Origin: Candidatus Nanohaloarchaea archaeon | GTDB lineage: Archaea; Nanohalarchaeota; Nanosalinia; Nanosalinales; Nanosalinaceae | Reading direction: 5' to 3' | Length of the DNA stretch: 16,063 nucleotides | Assembly: GCA_046497485.1 (NCBI GenBank) | Contig: JAWOFP010000053.1 | Location: 1 to 16,063 of the forward strand | Shown: piece after piece, positions 8,578-15,955 of the stretch | Layout of the letters: each line of letters begins with the position of its first letter | How positions within the stretch are numbered: position 1 is the first letter of the stretch | Translations under genes and position numbers: made by a program | Notes under the pieces: generated by a model | Told to the model about the DNA's origin: nothing | The model's database searches: none | What the model saw: the letters and a program-made list of their open reading frames with translations, nothing else

Positions 8578-9726
8578 TTAACATCCAGAAATATTCCCTA
8601 TAGACTCTATAAGTTTATCGATCTCTTCCTCAGTGTTATAGGCCTGTAAGCTAATTCTAACCGAGTTCTTTCCTTTCTCTCTACAGTGTTTACCGTCTCT
8701 GACATATATTCCTTCACTGTCCAGAATGAAACCGATGTCTTTTGCAGGGAGATTCTCTATAGAGAAAGATATTATCCCATAACCTACATCATCACAGTTT
8801 GCGTAGTAAGGCCCTTTCTCGAATTTTACTTTTCCCTCTAGTTTTTCCATCAAATACTTGGTGAGTTCGAGATTTCTCTCCCTTATTTTCTCGATTCCAA
8901 TCTCCTCTATGTACTCGATGGCAGCCCTCATAGAGATTATACCAGCCACATTAGGGGTCCCGGTTTCAAGGCGTTCAGGTACTTCACCGGTATAGCCTCC
9001 TCCGACCTGATAATCCCCGATTTTCTCGTGTATCTTCTCGTTGATGTAGAGGCCTCCTGTACCTGTTGATGCAAACATTTTGTGGCCTGAAAAGGACAGG
9101 AAATCAATTTCCATCTCTTTTACATCAATAGGTACATGCGCTATGCTCTGACAGGCATCAAGAGATATCAAAGGCCTGTATTCTAGGCCTTCTATCAGCC
9201 TCTTTACCTCAGCTTTACCGCCGTATGCGTTGTGTATATGAGTTACTGAGATAAGGTATGTTGATTCATCTGTTTTCTCAATGATCTCATCTATATCTGG
9301 ATCGCCTGTCTCCAATACACTGTATTCCTGTATAGTGATCTCTTTACCCTGCTTTGCAAGAGTTTCCTTCAACTTCATCCAGGGCCTCTTCGTGGATTTA
9401 TGAGCTTCTTCTGAGACCAGTATCTTCTGCCCATCGTTAATATCTTCTGAGATCAGTTCCGGTATCATGTTAAGTGATTCTGTAGCCCCCGAGGTAAAGA
9501 CTATCTCTTTCTTATCTGCGCCGATGAAATCCGCGACTTTTACCCGGCTCTCCTCTACCTTTTTGCCAGTCTTATTGGCAAGACTGTAACTACCTCGGCC
9601 CACATTTGAGGCCTCTGAAAGATAACTTTCTACAGCACTGATTACTTTCTCAGGTTTCTGAGTCGTAGACGCATTATCAAAGTAAATCCCATCATTCTCC
9701 CGAAAAAATGGGAAATCCTCTCTCAT
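8578..9726 (-). CDS. Class V PLP aminotransferase, SufS/CsdA-like cysteine desulfurase
   Basis: REDFP, YFDNASTTQKP, FTSGATESLN, DACQS, SGHKM (PLP lysine), ETGTPN and RDGKHC (group II catalytic Cys). ATGA overlap with the upstream gene. Confidence 0.9.
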   Translation of the reverse strand: MREDFPFFRENDGIYFDNASTTQKPEKVISAVESYLSEASNVGRGSYSLANKTGKKVEESRVKVADFIGADKKEIVFTSGATESLNMIPELISEDINDGQKILVSEEAHKSTKRPWMKLKETLAKQGKEITIQEYSVLETGDPDIDEIIEKTDESTYLISVTHIHNAYGGKAEVKRLIEGLEYRPLISLDACQSIAHVPIDVKEMEIDFLSFSGHKMFASTGTGGLYINEKIHEKIGDYQVGGGYTGEVPERLETGTPNVAGIISMRAAIEYIEEIGIEKIRERNLELTKYLMEKLEGKVKFEKGPYYANCDDVGYGIISFSIENLPAKDIGFILDSEGIYVRDGKHCREKGKNSVRISLQAYNTEEEIDKLIESIGNISGC

Positions 9727-10517
9727 TCTCCTAACCTCCCGGCGTAAACAATTGGAGAGATGCTATAGTGGTATTGATCGCAGTTTTCGGTGTAAGACCT
9801 GATCCCAGTATCGATAATATCGTTCAACCTGTTTTTCTCTTTTTTCGATAAATCTGCTTCCTTTTCTATCGATGAATAGGCCTCCAAAATATTTTCCATG
9901 TGCTCGATAGTTTTCTTGCGTTCAGGTTTTTCCAGTATAGAAAACTTTTTGATAAATTCTTCTTCATAACTATTAGATAGTTTATCTGCTGTATCTGTGA
10001 ACCTCTTTTTGTTATAGGACTTGAATTTCTCCGTTCTGGCTGTACCTAGTTTCATCTCTAGAATTCTATCACATTGTAAGATACTCTGATTCAACCAGTT
10101 ACCATGGAAAACTGCAATAACAGATTTTTCTGTCATAAGGCCTTCTATTCTTTGAAGTACTGTTGAGGTATCTACTTCCGGTAGATGTAGGAGATCTGCA
10201 CACCAGATAAGATCAAACTTTCCGTCCAGATTCAGATTTTCCGCATCTTGGCGATAGAAACTGGTTTCTAGATCACTTGATCTGGATATCTCTTTTGCCT
10301 TCTCCAGATGTGGATCCGAGATATCTACACATGTCACTGAGGCCTCTGGGAATACTTCCTCCATGACTTCGAGATGTCCTCCAGGACCACAGCCTAAATC
10401 CAGAATCCTGGGTTTTTCATCTATGAGACCTTCAAGTTCTTTTAATGCCTGGAGAACCGCTTTTCGAGTATAGCTGTTGTAGGCCAGCTCTTTGTCTATG
10501 TATTCATTGTCGTGCAT
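9723..10517 (-). CDS. Class I SAM-dependent methyltransferase
   Basis: ILDLGCGPG, VDIS and FDLIW motifs. AGGTGA RBS upstream. Confidence 0.88.
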   Translation of the reverse strand: MHDNEYIDKELAYNSYTRKAVLQALKELEGLIDEKPRILDLGCGPGGHLEVMEEVFPEASVTCVDISDPHLEKAKEISRSSDLETSFYRQDAENLNLDGKFDLIWCADLLHLPEVDTSTVLQRIEGLMTEKSVIAVFHGNWLNQSILQCDRILEMKLGTARTEKFKSYNKKRFTDTADKLSNSYEEEFIKKFSILEKPERKKTIEHMENILEAYSSIEKEADLSKKEKNRLNDIIDTGIRSYTENCDQYHYSISPIVYAGRLGE

Positions 10518-10526
10518 CTATTTCAC

Positions 10527-11801
10527 CTAGAAGCTGTTTTCGAGAGGTTTTCCTGAGTCCCTCCATTCTGTGACCCCATTTTCAAGACTGTAGGCCTCTC
10601 CACCTTTTTCATCTATCATGGCTGCGTATTTCCCGGATTCGTCTCCTGTTGGACATACCACCAAGATTTTTCGATTTGGGAAAGGATTTCCTGTCCTCAG
10701 TATATCCTTCAGTCTATCTCCTGTTATATTGATCGAGCCTGGTATATGTGAGGCCTTGTATGCAGGATTTGATCTTATATCTATAACAGTAAAGTCTTCA
10801 AACTCTTGATGTGCCTGATCCACGGTTATCTGATCTGGCTCCTTTGTTGTTTCGATTTCCTGTTTTTCTCCGCCGAAAAGTTCAGGCCTCCTCTTTTTGA
10901 AGTACGACATGTAAGGTTCGAGGCGGTCACACGCAAGGAAAACCGCAGTCTTTTCCTCCTCAAGCTCTTCAGGAAAATAATCTCTGATTGCAGCAAGTTG
11001 GGCTCCCGTAGTAGGGCCTGAAAGAAGGCCTGAACCTCTTATCAGGTCCAGGGTCGCATCAATAGCTTTCCCGGAGTTTACTGTTAATACATCTGAGTAA
11101 AGCTCTTTTTCATACAGGCCTACCTCCCACATCTCATTCTCTGTTCTTATCCCTGGTATGAAGTCATCGGAGCTTGAGACAATTCCTACAGTGTTCAAAT
11201 CAGGGTTTCTTTCTCTTATGGCCTGTGTTATTCCTTTTGTCGAGCCTGTAGTTCCAAGGCCTCCGAAAAAGTAATCTATCTGGCTCAGATCCTCCATTAT
11301 CTCAGGCCCTGTGTTTTCTCTGTGGGCCTCTGTGTTTTTCTCGTCAGTGTACTGGCCTGTCCTGTAGTAACTGTCGCCTTTTTCTTCCATCAAATTATCG
11401 ATGTATGTTAATGGGTCATCAGGGTCGTTCGGATCAGGGCATTCGCTTTTCCCAGGTAATTCCTCTATCTCAGTTCCCATTGTTATCAGCAGGTCTTTTA
11501 CTTCATCAATCTTGATTCTGTTGGTGATGGTTCTGAAATCTATTCCTCTCGAGGATGTTATACCCTGGATGGCCTTGGCCGTATTGCCGCTGGAAGATTC
11601 TACGACTTTCCTATCTTTTTCTCTGATCATTTCTATATCGTCTTCAAGCAGGCTCCAGGCAACTCTGTCTTTCAGCGAGCCAAATGGATTCATCGACTCC
11701 ATTTTGACATAGAGCTGGAGGTTTCTGACTCCGTGAACCTCTTCATCGATTTTCAAAAGCGGTGTATCCCCTATAAGTTCGGTTATATCTTCGTATTTCA
11801 T
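10527..11801 (-). CDS. Cysteine synthase family (fold-type II PLP) enzyme fused to C-terminal rhodanese
   Basis: IGDTPL, NPFGSLKDR (PLP lysine), ESSSGNT and GLGTTGS. C-terminal DIR...HIPGS...VCPTG...GVTEW rhodanese with active-site Cys. Confidence 0.92.
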   Translation of the reverse strand: MKYEDITELIGDTPLLKIDEEVHGVRNLQLYVKMESMNPFGSLKDRVAWSLLEDDIEMIREKDRKVVESSSGNTAKAIQGITSSRGIDFRTITNRIKIDEVKDLLITMGTEIEELPGKSECPDPNDPDDPLTYIDNLMEEKGDSYYRTGQYTDEKNTEAHRENTGPEIMEDLSQIDYFFGGLGTTGSTKGITQAIRERNPDLNTVGIVSSSDDFIPGIRTENEMWEVGLYEKELYSDVLTVNSGKAIDATLDLIRGSGLLSGPTTGAQLAAIRDYFPEELEEEKTAVFLACDRLEPYMSYFKKRRPELFGGEKQEIETTKEPDQITVDQAHQEFEDFTVIDIRSNPAYKASHIPGSINITGDRLKDILRTGNPFPNRKILVVCPTGDESGKYAAMIDEKGGEAYSLENGVTEWRDSGKPLENSF

Positions 11802-11804
11802 TTT

Positions 11805-13202
11805 TTATACACTGTAATCCTCATCATCTGTAACTTTGATTTTTCCATTTTCCATGGTCACAGCCATTTTTTCTGCTGTACTGTGGTGTATGGCTTTGTT
11901 TTCTGCAAAATCCATATTGTATGCTGCAGTGTTGATGAATGCAAGTATATCTCCGTTCTGTGGCATCTGATCGAAGAATGTTCTATGCTTGTAGATAATA
12001 TCGCTTTCCAGACAGAGGTTGCCTACAATGAAGCCACTGCCTTCTTTAGCGTCCTGATCTGATATCAGAACCGGATCAAGCATCATCTCCTGTTCGCTAG
12101 AGTACAGAGAGAACTTATTCGCATCTACCCCTATCAAGTTATTCTCTTTCACAGATTCCTTCCTGAACATTACTTCTGTCAAAGTAATACCGGCCTGATC
12201 AAGCAAGGCTCTTCCGGGCTCGACCCAGAGCTCAAGCATAAAGTCACTGAGAAGATCCGCAAAACTCCGGTTATAACCAGGTATATCAGATTTCAGCAAC
12301 TCATCAAGATACTCATCTTTTGAAGGCGAATTAAAGTAATCATAGAAAGTATTCGAGCCTTTAATTGAGTCCCCATCACGGTAAAAACCGAAATTTTCAT
12401 CCTTCCAGGTCAAGCCCCCATTATTTTTGACATTATCCTTCAAGGCTGAAATATAGGCCTCCCATTCATTTCTGTCTTCAATATAGTTGGTTCTGAAACC
12501 TCCTCCGATGTTCAAAATCTCTCCTACCAGGCCTTTTGAGGAAAAACTTTGGTGAAGGTCAAAAATATTGGATATAGCGATTCTTCTCTTCCTCATATCG
12601 GAGGTCGAGAGATGAAATGCAAAGCCTTTGAAATCCAGGTTATCATACTTAGTTAATATTTCAATTATTTCATCTTTTCTATCAGCGGAGATACCGAACC
12701 TCGAATCCTTTGATATTGATTCTCTATCCTTGGGATTGAAACCTGAAATCCTGATCAATACCTCGATTTTGGAACCAGATTCTCCTAGATAGGCAAGTTC
12801 TTCCAGGTTATCGACATTAACAGTTATTCCTCTCTCGATAACTTCATCAAGGAAATCTCTCTTCTTGGGGCCTGTAGCCTCGATTTTATTCTCATCAAAA
12901 CCTGTCTGAACCGCGTTCTCAAGTTCATCTAAGCTGGCCACGTCAACTCCTATACCGCAGTTATAGGCTTCTTTTACCAAGGCCTTTGACCTATTTGCCT
13001 TATGAGCCCAGAAGATCTTGCCTGAAATATTATTTTTCTCCATAACCTCCTGGAAGCTTTTAGCATTTCTCTTCAAGGCCTCAGGAAAAATCAGGTTCAG
13101 TGGCGAGCCTTTCTCCTCTATTAATTCCTTAACTTTTTCCTCATTTTCCAGGAAATCCTCTATCTGAGAAGATTTCCTCGGTGTCAGGCCTAGTTTACTC
13201 AT
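11805..13202 (-). CDS. Fold-type III PLP decarboxylase, diaminopimelate-decarboxylase-like (Y4yA family)
   Basis: AHKAN (PLP lysine), DVAS..EL, SRFG, FHL, NIGGGF, EPGRAL, GNLCLESD and NTAAY. The long insert between GGGF and EPGR is typical of the Y4yA subfamily. Confidence 0.88.
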   Translation of the reverse strand: MSKLGLTPRKSSQIEDFLENEEKVKELIEEKGSPLNLIFPEALKRNAKSFQEVMEKNNISGKIFWAHKANRSKALVKEAYNCGIGVDVASLDELENAVQTGFDENKIEATGPKKRDFLDEVIERGITVNVDNLEELAYLGESGSKIEVLIRISGFNPKDRESISKDSRFGISADRKDEIIEILTKYDNLDFKGFAFHLSTSDMRKRRIAISNIFDLHQSFSSKGLVGEILNIGGGFRTNYIEDRNEWEAYISALKDNVKNNGGLTWKDENFGFYRDGDSIKGSNTFYDYFNSPSKDEYLDELLKSDIPGYNRSFADLLSDFMLELWVEPGRALLDQAGITLTEVMFRKESVKENNLIGVDANKFSLYSSEQEMMLDPVLISDQDAKEGSGFIVGNLCLESDIIYKHRTFFDQMPQNGDILAFINTAAYNMDFAENKAIHHSTAEKMAVTMENGKIKVTDDEDYSV

Positions 13203-14133
13203 AACTGAACTCCTCGTCTATCTGGTCTGTAATATCTCCTACAGCATTGACAACATAGTCCTGTCCGGCATATTTTCTGTGGAGTTCGTGGACCCGTTTC
13301 AGCCGCTTTTCGTCCTCCATCTCTGAGTTCTCGGAGGCCTCCCTGATCTTTCCAAAGAGATTTTCGGGCAACATCTCTGGATTAACGGAGTTTCCTCTCT
13401 GTCTTGACTTCTTTATCTCTCTGGAAAACTCCATAAATCCCAGAAATTCGTCTCCAATATTTTCTCTAAGATATTCTCTGTCTTCCTCATCCATGACTTT
13501 GTTCCCTACCAGGTAGACGTTTTCATACATTCCTGCCTCTTCAGAGAGTTTTCTGTACTGTTTATAGACTTCGATGCCTTCTGGAGTTGGTTCGACTATC
13601 AGGAATATGGCGTCAAACTGGGCATGAAGCGTATTTGAGAAAGCATCTGTTCCTGCAACCATATCCGTTACAAGCCATTCATCTTCAAGACTGAGGTGGG
13701 ATAAAATATTTTCAAATACAGCAAGATCTGTATGATAACAGCTAGTACCTATCCCATCTTCCTCATACGTGCCTACATGAAGGAAGAAAGTACCCTCATC
13801 AGGACTCTCGCCGTACTTAGAGAGAACATAATCATCTTCATCGAAGTTGATCAGCTTAGATCCTTCGGCTGGAGGCGTAGTCTTGTATACATGTGATGGA
13901 GACTTTACTCTATCATTTTCCTCAGTAAGGTATTCTTTGATATCTGATGAGTTCTCAGATCTAGAAAGGCCTTTATCCTGATCAAGATCTGCATCGATCA
14001 GCTTTGCCAGATGCTGGTTAATATCTGCGTCTACAGCGAGAATCTCCTCATCTTGAGCCCTCAATTTCTGGATGAAAAGGCCTGCCAATGTGCTTTTACC
14101 GGAACCGCCTTTTCCAACGAAGGCAACTCTCAA
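13195..14133 (-). CDS. CooC-like MinD/SIMIBI family ATPase
   Basis: GKGGSGKS deviant Walker A, VDADIN, DMVAG, VEPT and GNK. TTG start with a strong GAGGTGA RBS. 8-bp overlap with the next gene. Confidence 0.88.
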   Translation of the reverse strand: MRVAFVGKGGSGKSTLAGLFIQKLRAQDEEILAVDADINQHLAKLIDADLDQDKGLSRSENSSDIKEYLTEENDRVKSPSHVYKTTPPAEGSKLINFDEDDYVLSKYGESPDEGTFFLHVGTYEEDGIGTSCYHTDLAVFENILSHLSLEDEWLVTDMVAGTDAFSNTLHAQFDAIFLIVEPTPEGIEVYKQYRKLSEEAGMYENVYLVGNKVMDEEDREYLRENIGDEFLGFMEFSREIKKSRQRGNSVNPEMLPENLFGKIREASENSEMEDEKRLKRVHELHRKYAGQDYVVNAVGDITDQIDEEFSYE

Positions 14134-14210
14134 GGTTTCTCACCTCGAAGCCTGAGGCCTAGAGATTTCTCAAAGTTCAATCTTTCAGATTCGAAAGCAC
14201 TCGACAACAT
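14130..14210 (-). CDS. Putative 26-aa leader ORF (MLSSAFESERLNFEKSLGLRLRGEKP)
   Basis: ATG at 14210. Its TGA overlaps the ATPase TTG start (TTGA). AT-rich TATA-like sequence lies 25-38 nt upstream. Below the ORF-track cutoff. Confidence 0.4.
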   Translation of the reverse strand: MLSSAFESERLNFEKSLGLRLRGEKP

Positions 14211-14335
14211 ATAATTGTTAAAGAATCTAAAGTTTTTTAATAATATAAGTTAAGTTGGATGTATATAGTTAGTACTTGATGATAAATCTCATACGAAAAA
14301 AGAGGCCTTTCACGGAATCTAGAGGGTAAAACAGG
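14211..14335. promoter_or_regulatory. Divergent promoter region with imperfect inverted repeat
   Basis: AT-rich spacer between divergent units, with TATA-like tracts near 14235-14250 and 14261-14268. Inverted repeat ATTGTTAAAGAA-N7-TTTTTTAATAAT at 14214-14244. Confidence 0.5.
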
Positions 14336-14707
14336 ATGCAAGAGAAAAAACAGGTAGATAAGGTAAAGCTCAACGAGCTTAATCCACACGAACAGGTAAT
14401 TGAGGAAAACCTGAGGAAAGTGCTGAAATCGCTCAAAATCGAGAAAAGACTGAAGGAGCCGGTTGTAGTCGATGAAGAGACTAAAGTAATCCTTGATGGA
14501 CATCACAGAGTAAAGGCCTACGAGATACTTGGACTTAGAGAGATTCCCTGCAGACTTGTTGATTACAGTTCCGATAAGATAGCTGTTGAACCACATCAGA
14601 ACGGCGATATATCAAAGGAAGAAGTAATACAGAAAGGCCTTAGGGATGATCTTTTCCCTCCGAAGACTTCTAAGCATAGAATCTTTCAGGATATAGAAAA
14701 TTCTTAA
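14336..14707 (+). CDS. ParB/Srx-fold protein, minimal SerK/SbnI-like (putative free serine kinase)
   Basis: LNPHEQ, ILDGHHR, VDY, SKEEVI and FPPKTSKH parallel the SerK motifs PHEQ, DGHHR, LDY, TKEEV and FSPKTTRH as I recall them. Confidence 0.75.
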   Translation: MQEKKQVDKVKLNELNPHEQVIEENLRKVLKSLKIEKRLKEPVVVDEETKVILDGHHRVKAYEILGLREIPCRLVDYSSDKIAVEPHQNGDISKEEVIQKGLRDDLFPPKTSKHRIFQDIENS

Positions 14708-14733
14708 TAACTTTCGCCCGGAATTATAGTAAT

Positions 14734-15117
14734 ATGAGTGTCGTAAGTGTATCACTGAATGAGACGCTGCTTGAAGATATTGACGAATTCATGGATGAAC
14801 AGGGTTTCTCAGGCAGAAGCGAAGTAATGAGGACAGCGGTCAGAGCTTTACTCAGAGACAGGAAAGAGATATCAGGCCTTGAAGGAGAGGTAAATGCTGT
14901 AGTGATAGTAACTCATGAAGATGAAGACTCGGCAGAAATCGATGAAATACAACATGACTATCAGGAAACAATCACAACCCAGTTACATAACCACATGAGC
15001 GATCACAAGTGCCTGGAAGTCTTTATGCTACACGGCAACGCAGAAAAAGTCAAAGAACTTTACAACAAACTGGAGGCCTCAAGTAAAGTAGAACAGGCCA
15101 AGATGATTATTCCATAA
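14734..15117 (+). CDS. nikR: NikR-family nickel-responsive ribbon-helix-helix regulator
   Basis: N-terminal RHH (VSVSL...GFSGRSEVMR). The C-terminal domain QH...LHNH.....CLE retains the His/His/His/Cys metal ligand set. Confidence 0.88.
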   Translation: MSVVSVSLNETLLEDIDEFMDEQGFSGRSEVMRTAVRALLRDRKEISGLEGEVNAVVIVTHEDEDSAEIDEIQHDYQETITTQLHNHMSDHKCLEVFMLHGNAEKVKELYNKLEASSKVEQAKMIIP

Positions 15118-15139
15118 ATAGTTGGAGTTTTAGAACTAG

Positions 15140-15259
15140 ATGAGAGGATATCCTGAGAAACAAGAATTATCAGAGGCCTCATACAATGAGAAAACCGCGG
15201 AAAAACTCTGGAAGAAAAGCGAGGAACTCACAGGTACCGAGTTCAAGATTCAAAACTAA
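15140..15259 (+). pseudogene. C-terminal remnant of a retinol-dehydrogenase/WWOX-type SDR oxidoreductase
   Basis: Translates to MRGYPEKQELSEASYNEKTAEKLWKKSEELTGTEFKIQN, matching the typical tail (RGxP...SYD...AxxLWxxSEELTG). In-frame TAG immediately upstream and no room for the rest of the gene. Confidence 0.75.
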
Positions 15260-15295
15260 TGAAAAACTATAATCTAACTAGAGAGGATTACTGTC

Positions 15296-15955
15296 ATGCC
15301 AATGAAGGTTGAGGAGAAAGTTGATGCAGAGTTTATTGATGAATGGGAAAATGGTTTTGGCTGGATAGCCAGGCCTGAGGAGGATATGGTCAGGACCAGT
15401 CACGCCTTCGAAGACAATGGAGTCTTTCTTGTTGACCCATTGGATGCAGAAAACCTAGATGAGAAACTGGAAGATTATGGAGAGGTGAAAGGAATAATCG
15501 TGCTTTTTGACCGTCACCAAAGAGATTCGGAACAGCTGGCAGAAAAATACGGCTGCCCGATCTATGTTCCTGAATGGCTTGAGCCAGAGATTAAACTAGA
15601 TGCCGAACCGATTGAAAACAAGATACCTGGTACAAGCTGGGAGTTAATCGAAACAGTAAACACGCTCACAGGAAGAGAAGCAGGCCTCTACAACAAACAA
15701 ACAGGTACTATAATAGTAGCTGACGCCTTAGGAACAGTAGACTTCTTCAAAGGCAGAAACGAAAAATTAGGCCTGAACCCTCTTTACCGGCTCAACCCTC
15801 CGAAAAATCTGTTAAACTATGATATAGACAGGATATTCTGCGGACACGGAATAGGTATACAAGAGAACACTAAGAAAACCTTGAAAAATACATTAGACAA
15901 GGCAAGGCGGAAAGCACCCTCAGCATACTTCAACGCAGTTAAATCAATGATATGA
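15296..15955 (+). CDS. Metallo-beta-lactamase-fold protein (degenerate motif), conserved hypothetical
   Basis: LVDP, DRHQRD, PIYVP, IVADAL and CGHG follow MBL motif order. GAGG RBS upstream. Confidence 0.75.
   Translation: MPMKVEEKVDAEFIDEWENGFGWIARPEEDMVRTSHAFEDNGVFLVDPLDAENLDEKLEDYGEVKGIIVLFDRHQRDSEQLAEKYGCPIYVPEWLEPEIKLDAEPIENKIPGTSWELIETVNTLTGREAGLYNKQTGTIIVADALGTVDFFKGRNEKLGLNPLYRLNPPKNLLNYDIDRIFCGHGIGIQENTKKTLKNTLDKARRKAPSAYFNAVKSMI

Noticed and set aside
8578..14133. Housekeeping labels lysA, cysK, sufS, cooC, or a staphyloferrin-type siderophore cluster
   Set aside because: Each protein deviates from the canonical form. No suf, dap, CODH, SbnB or NIS synthetase genes are in the window.
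14130..14210. Known riboswitch (SAM-I, NiCo, fluoride) in the operon leader
   Set aside because: Only a CTGAAAGAT fragment recalls SAM-I. The conserved cores are absent.
14261..14294. E. coli-type NikR box using TCATAC at 14289-14294
   Set aside because: No matching GTATGA half-site 16 bp upstream.
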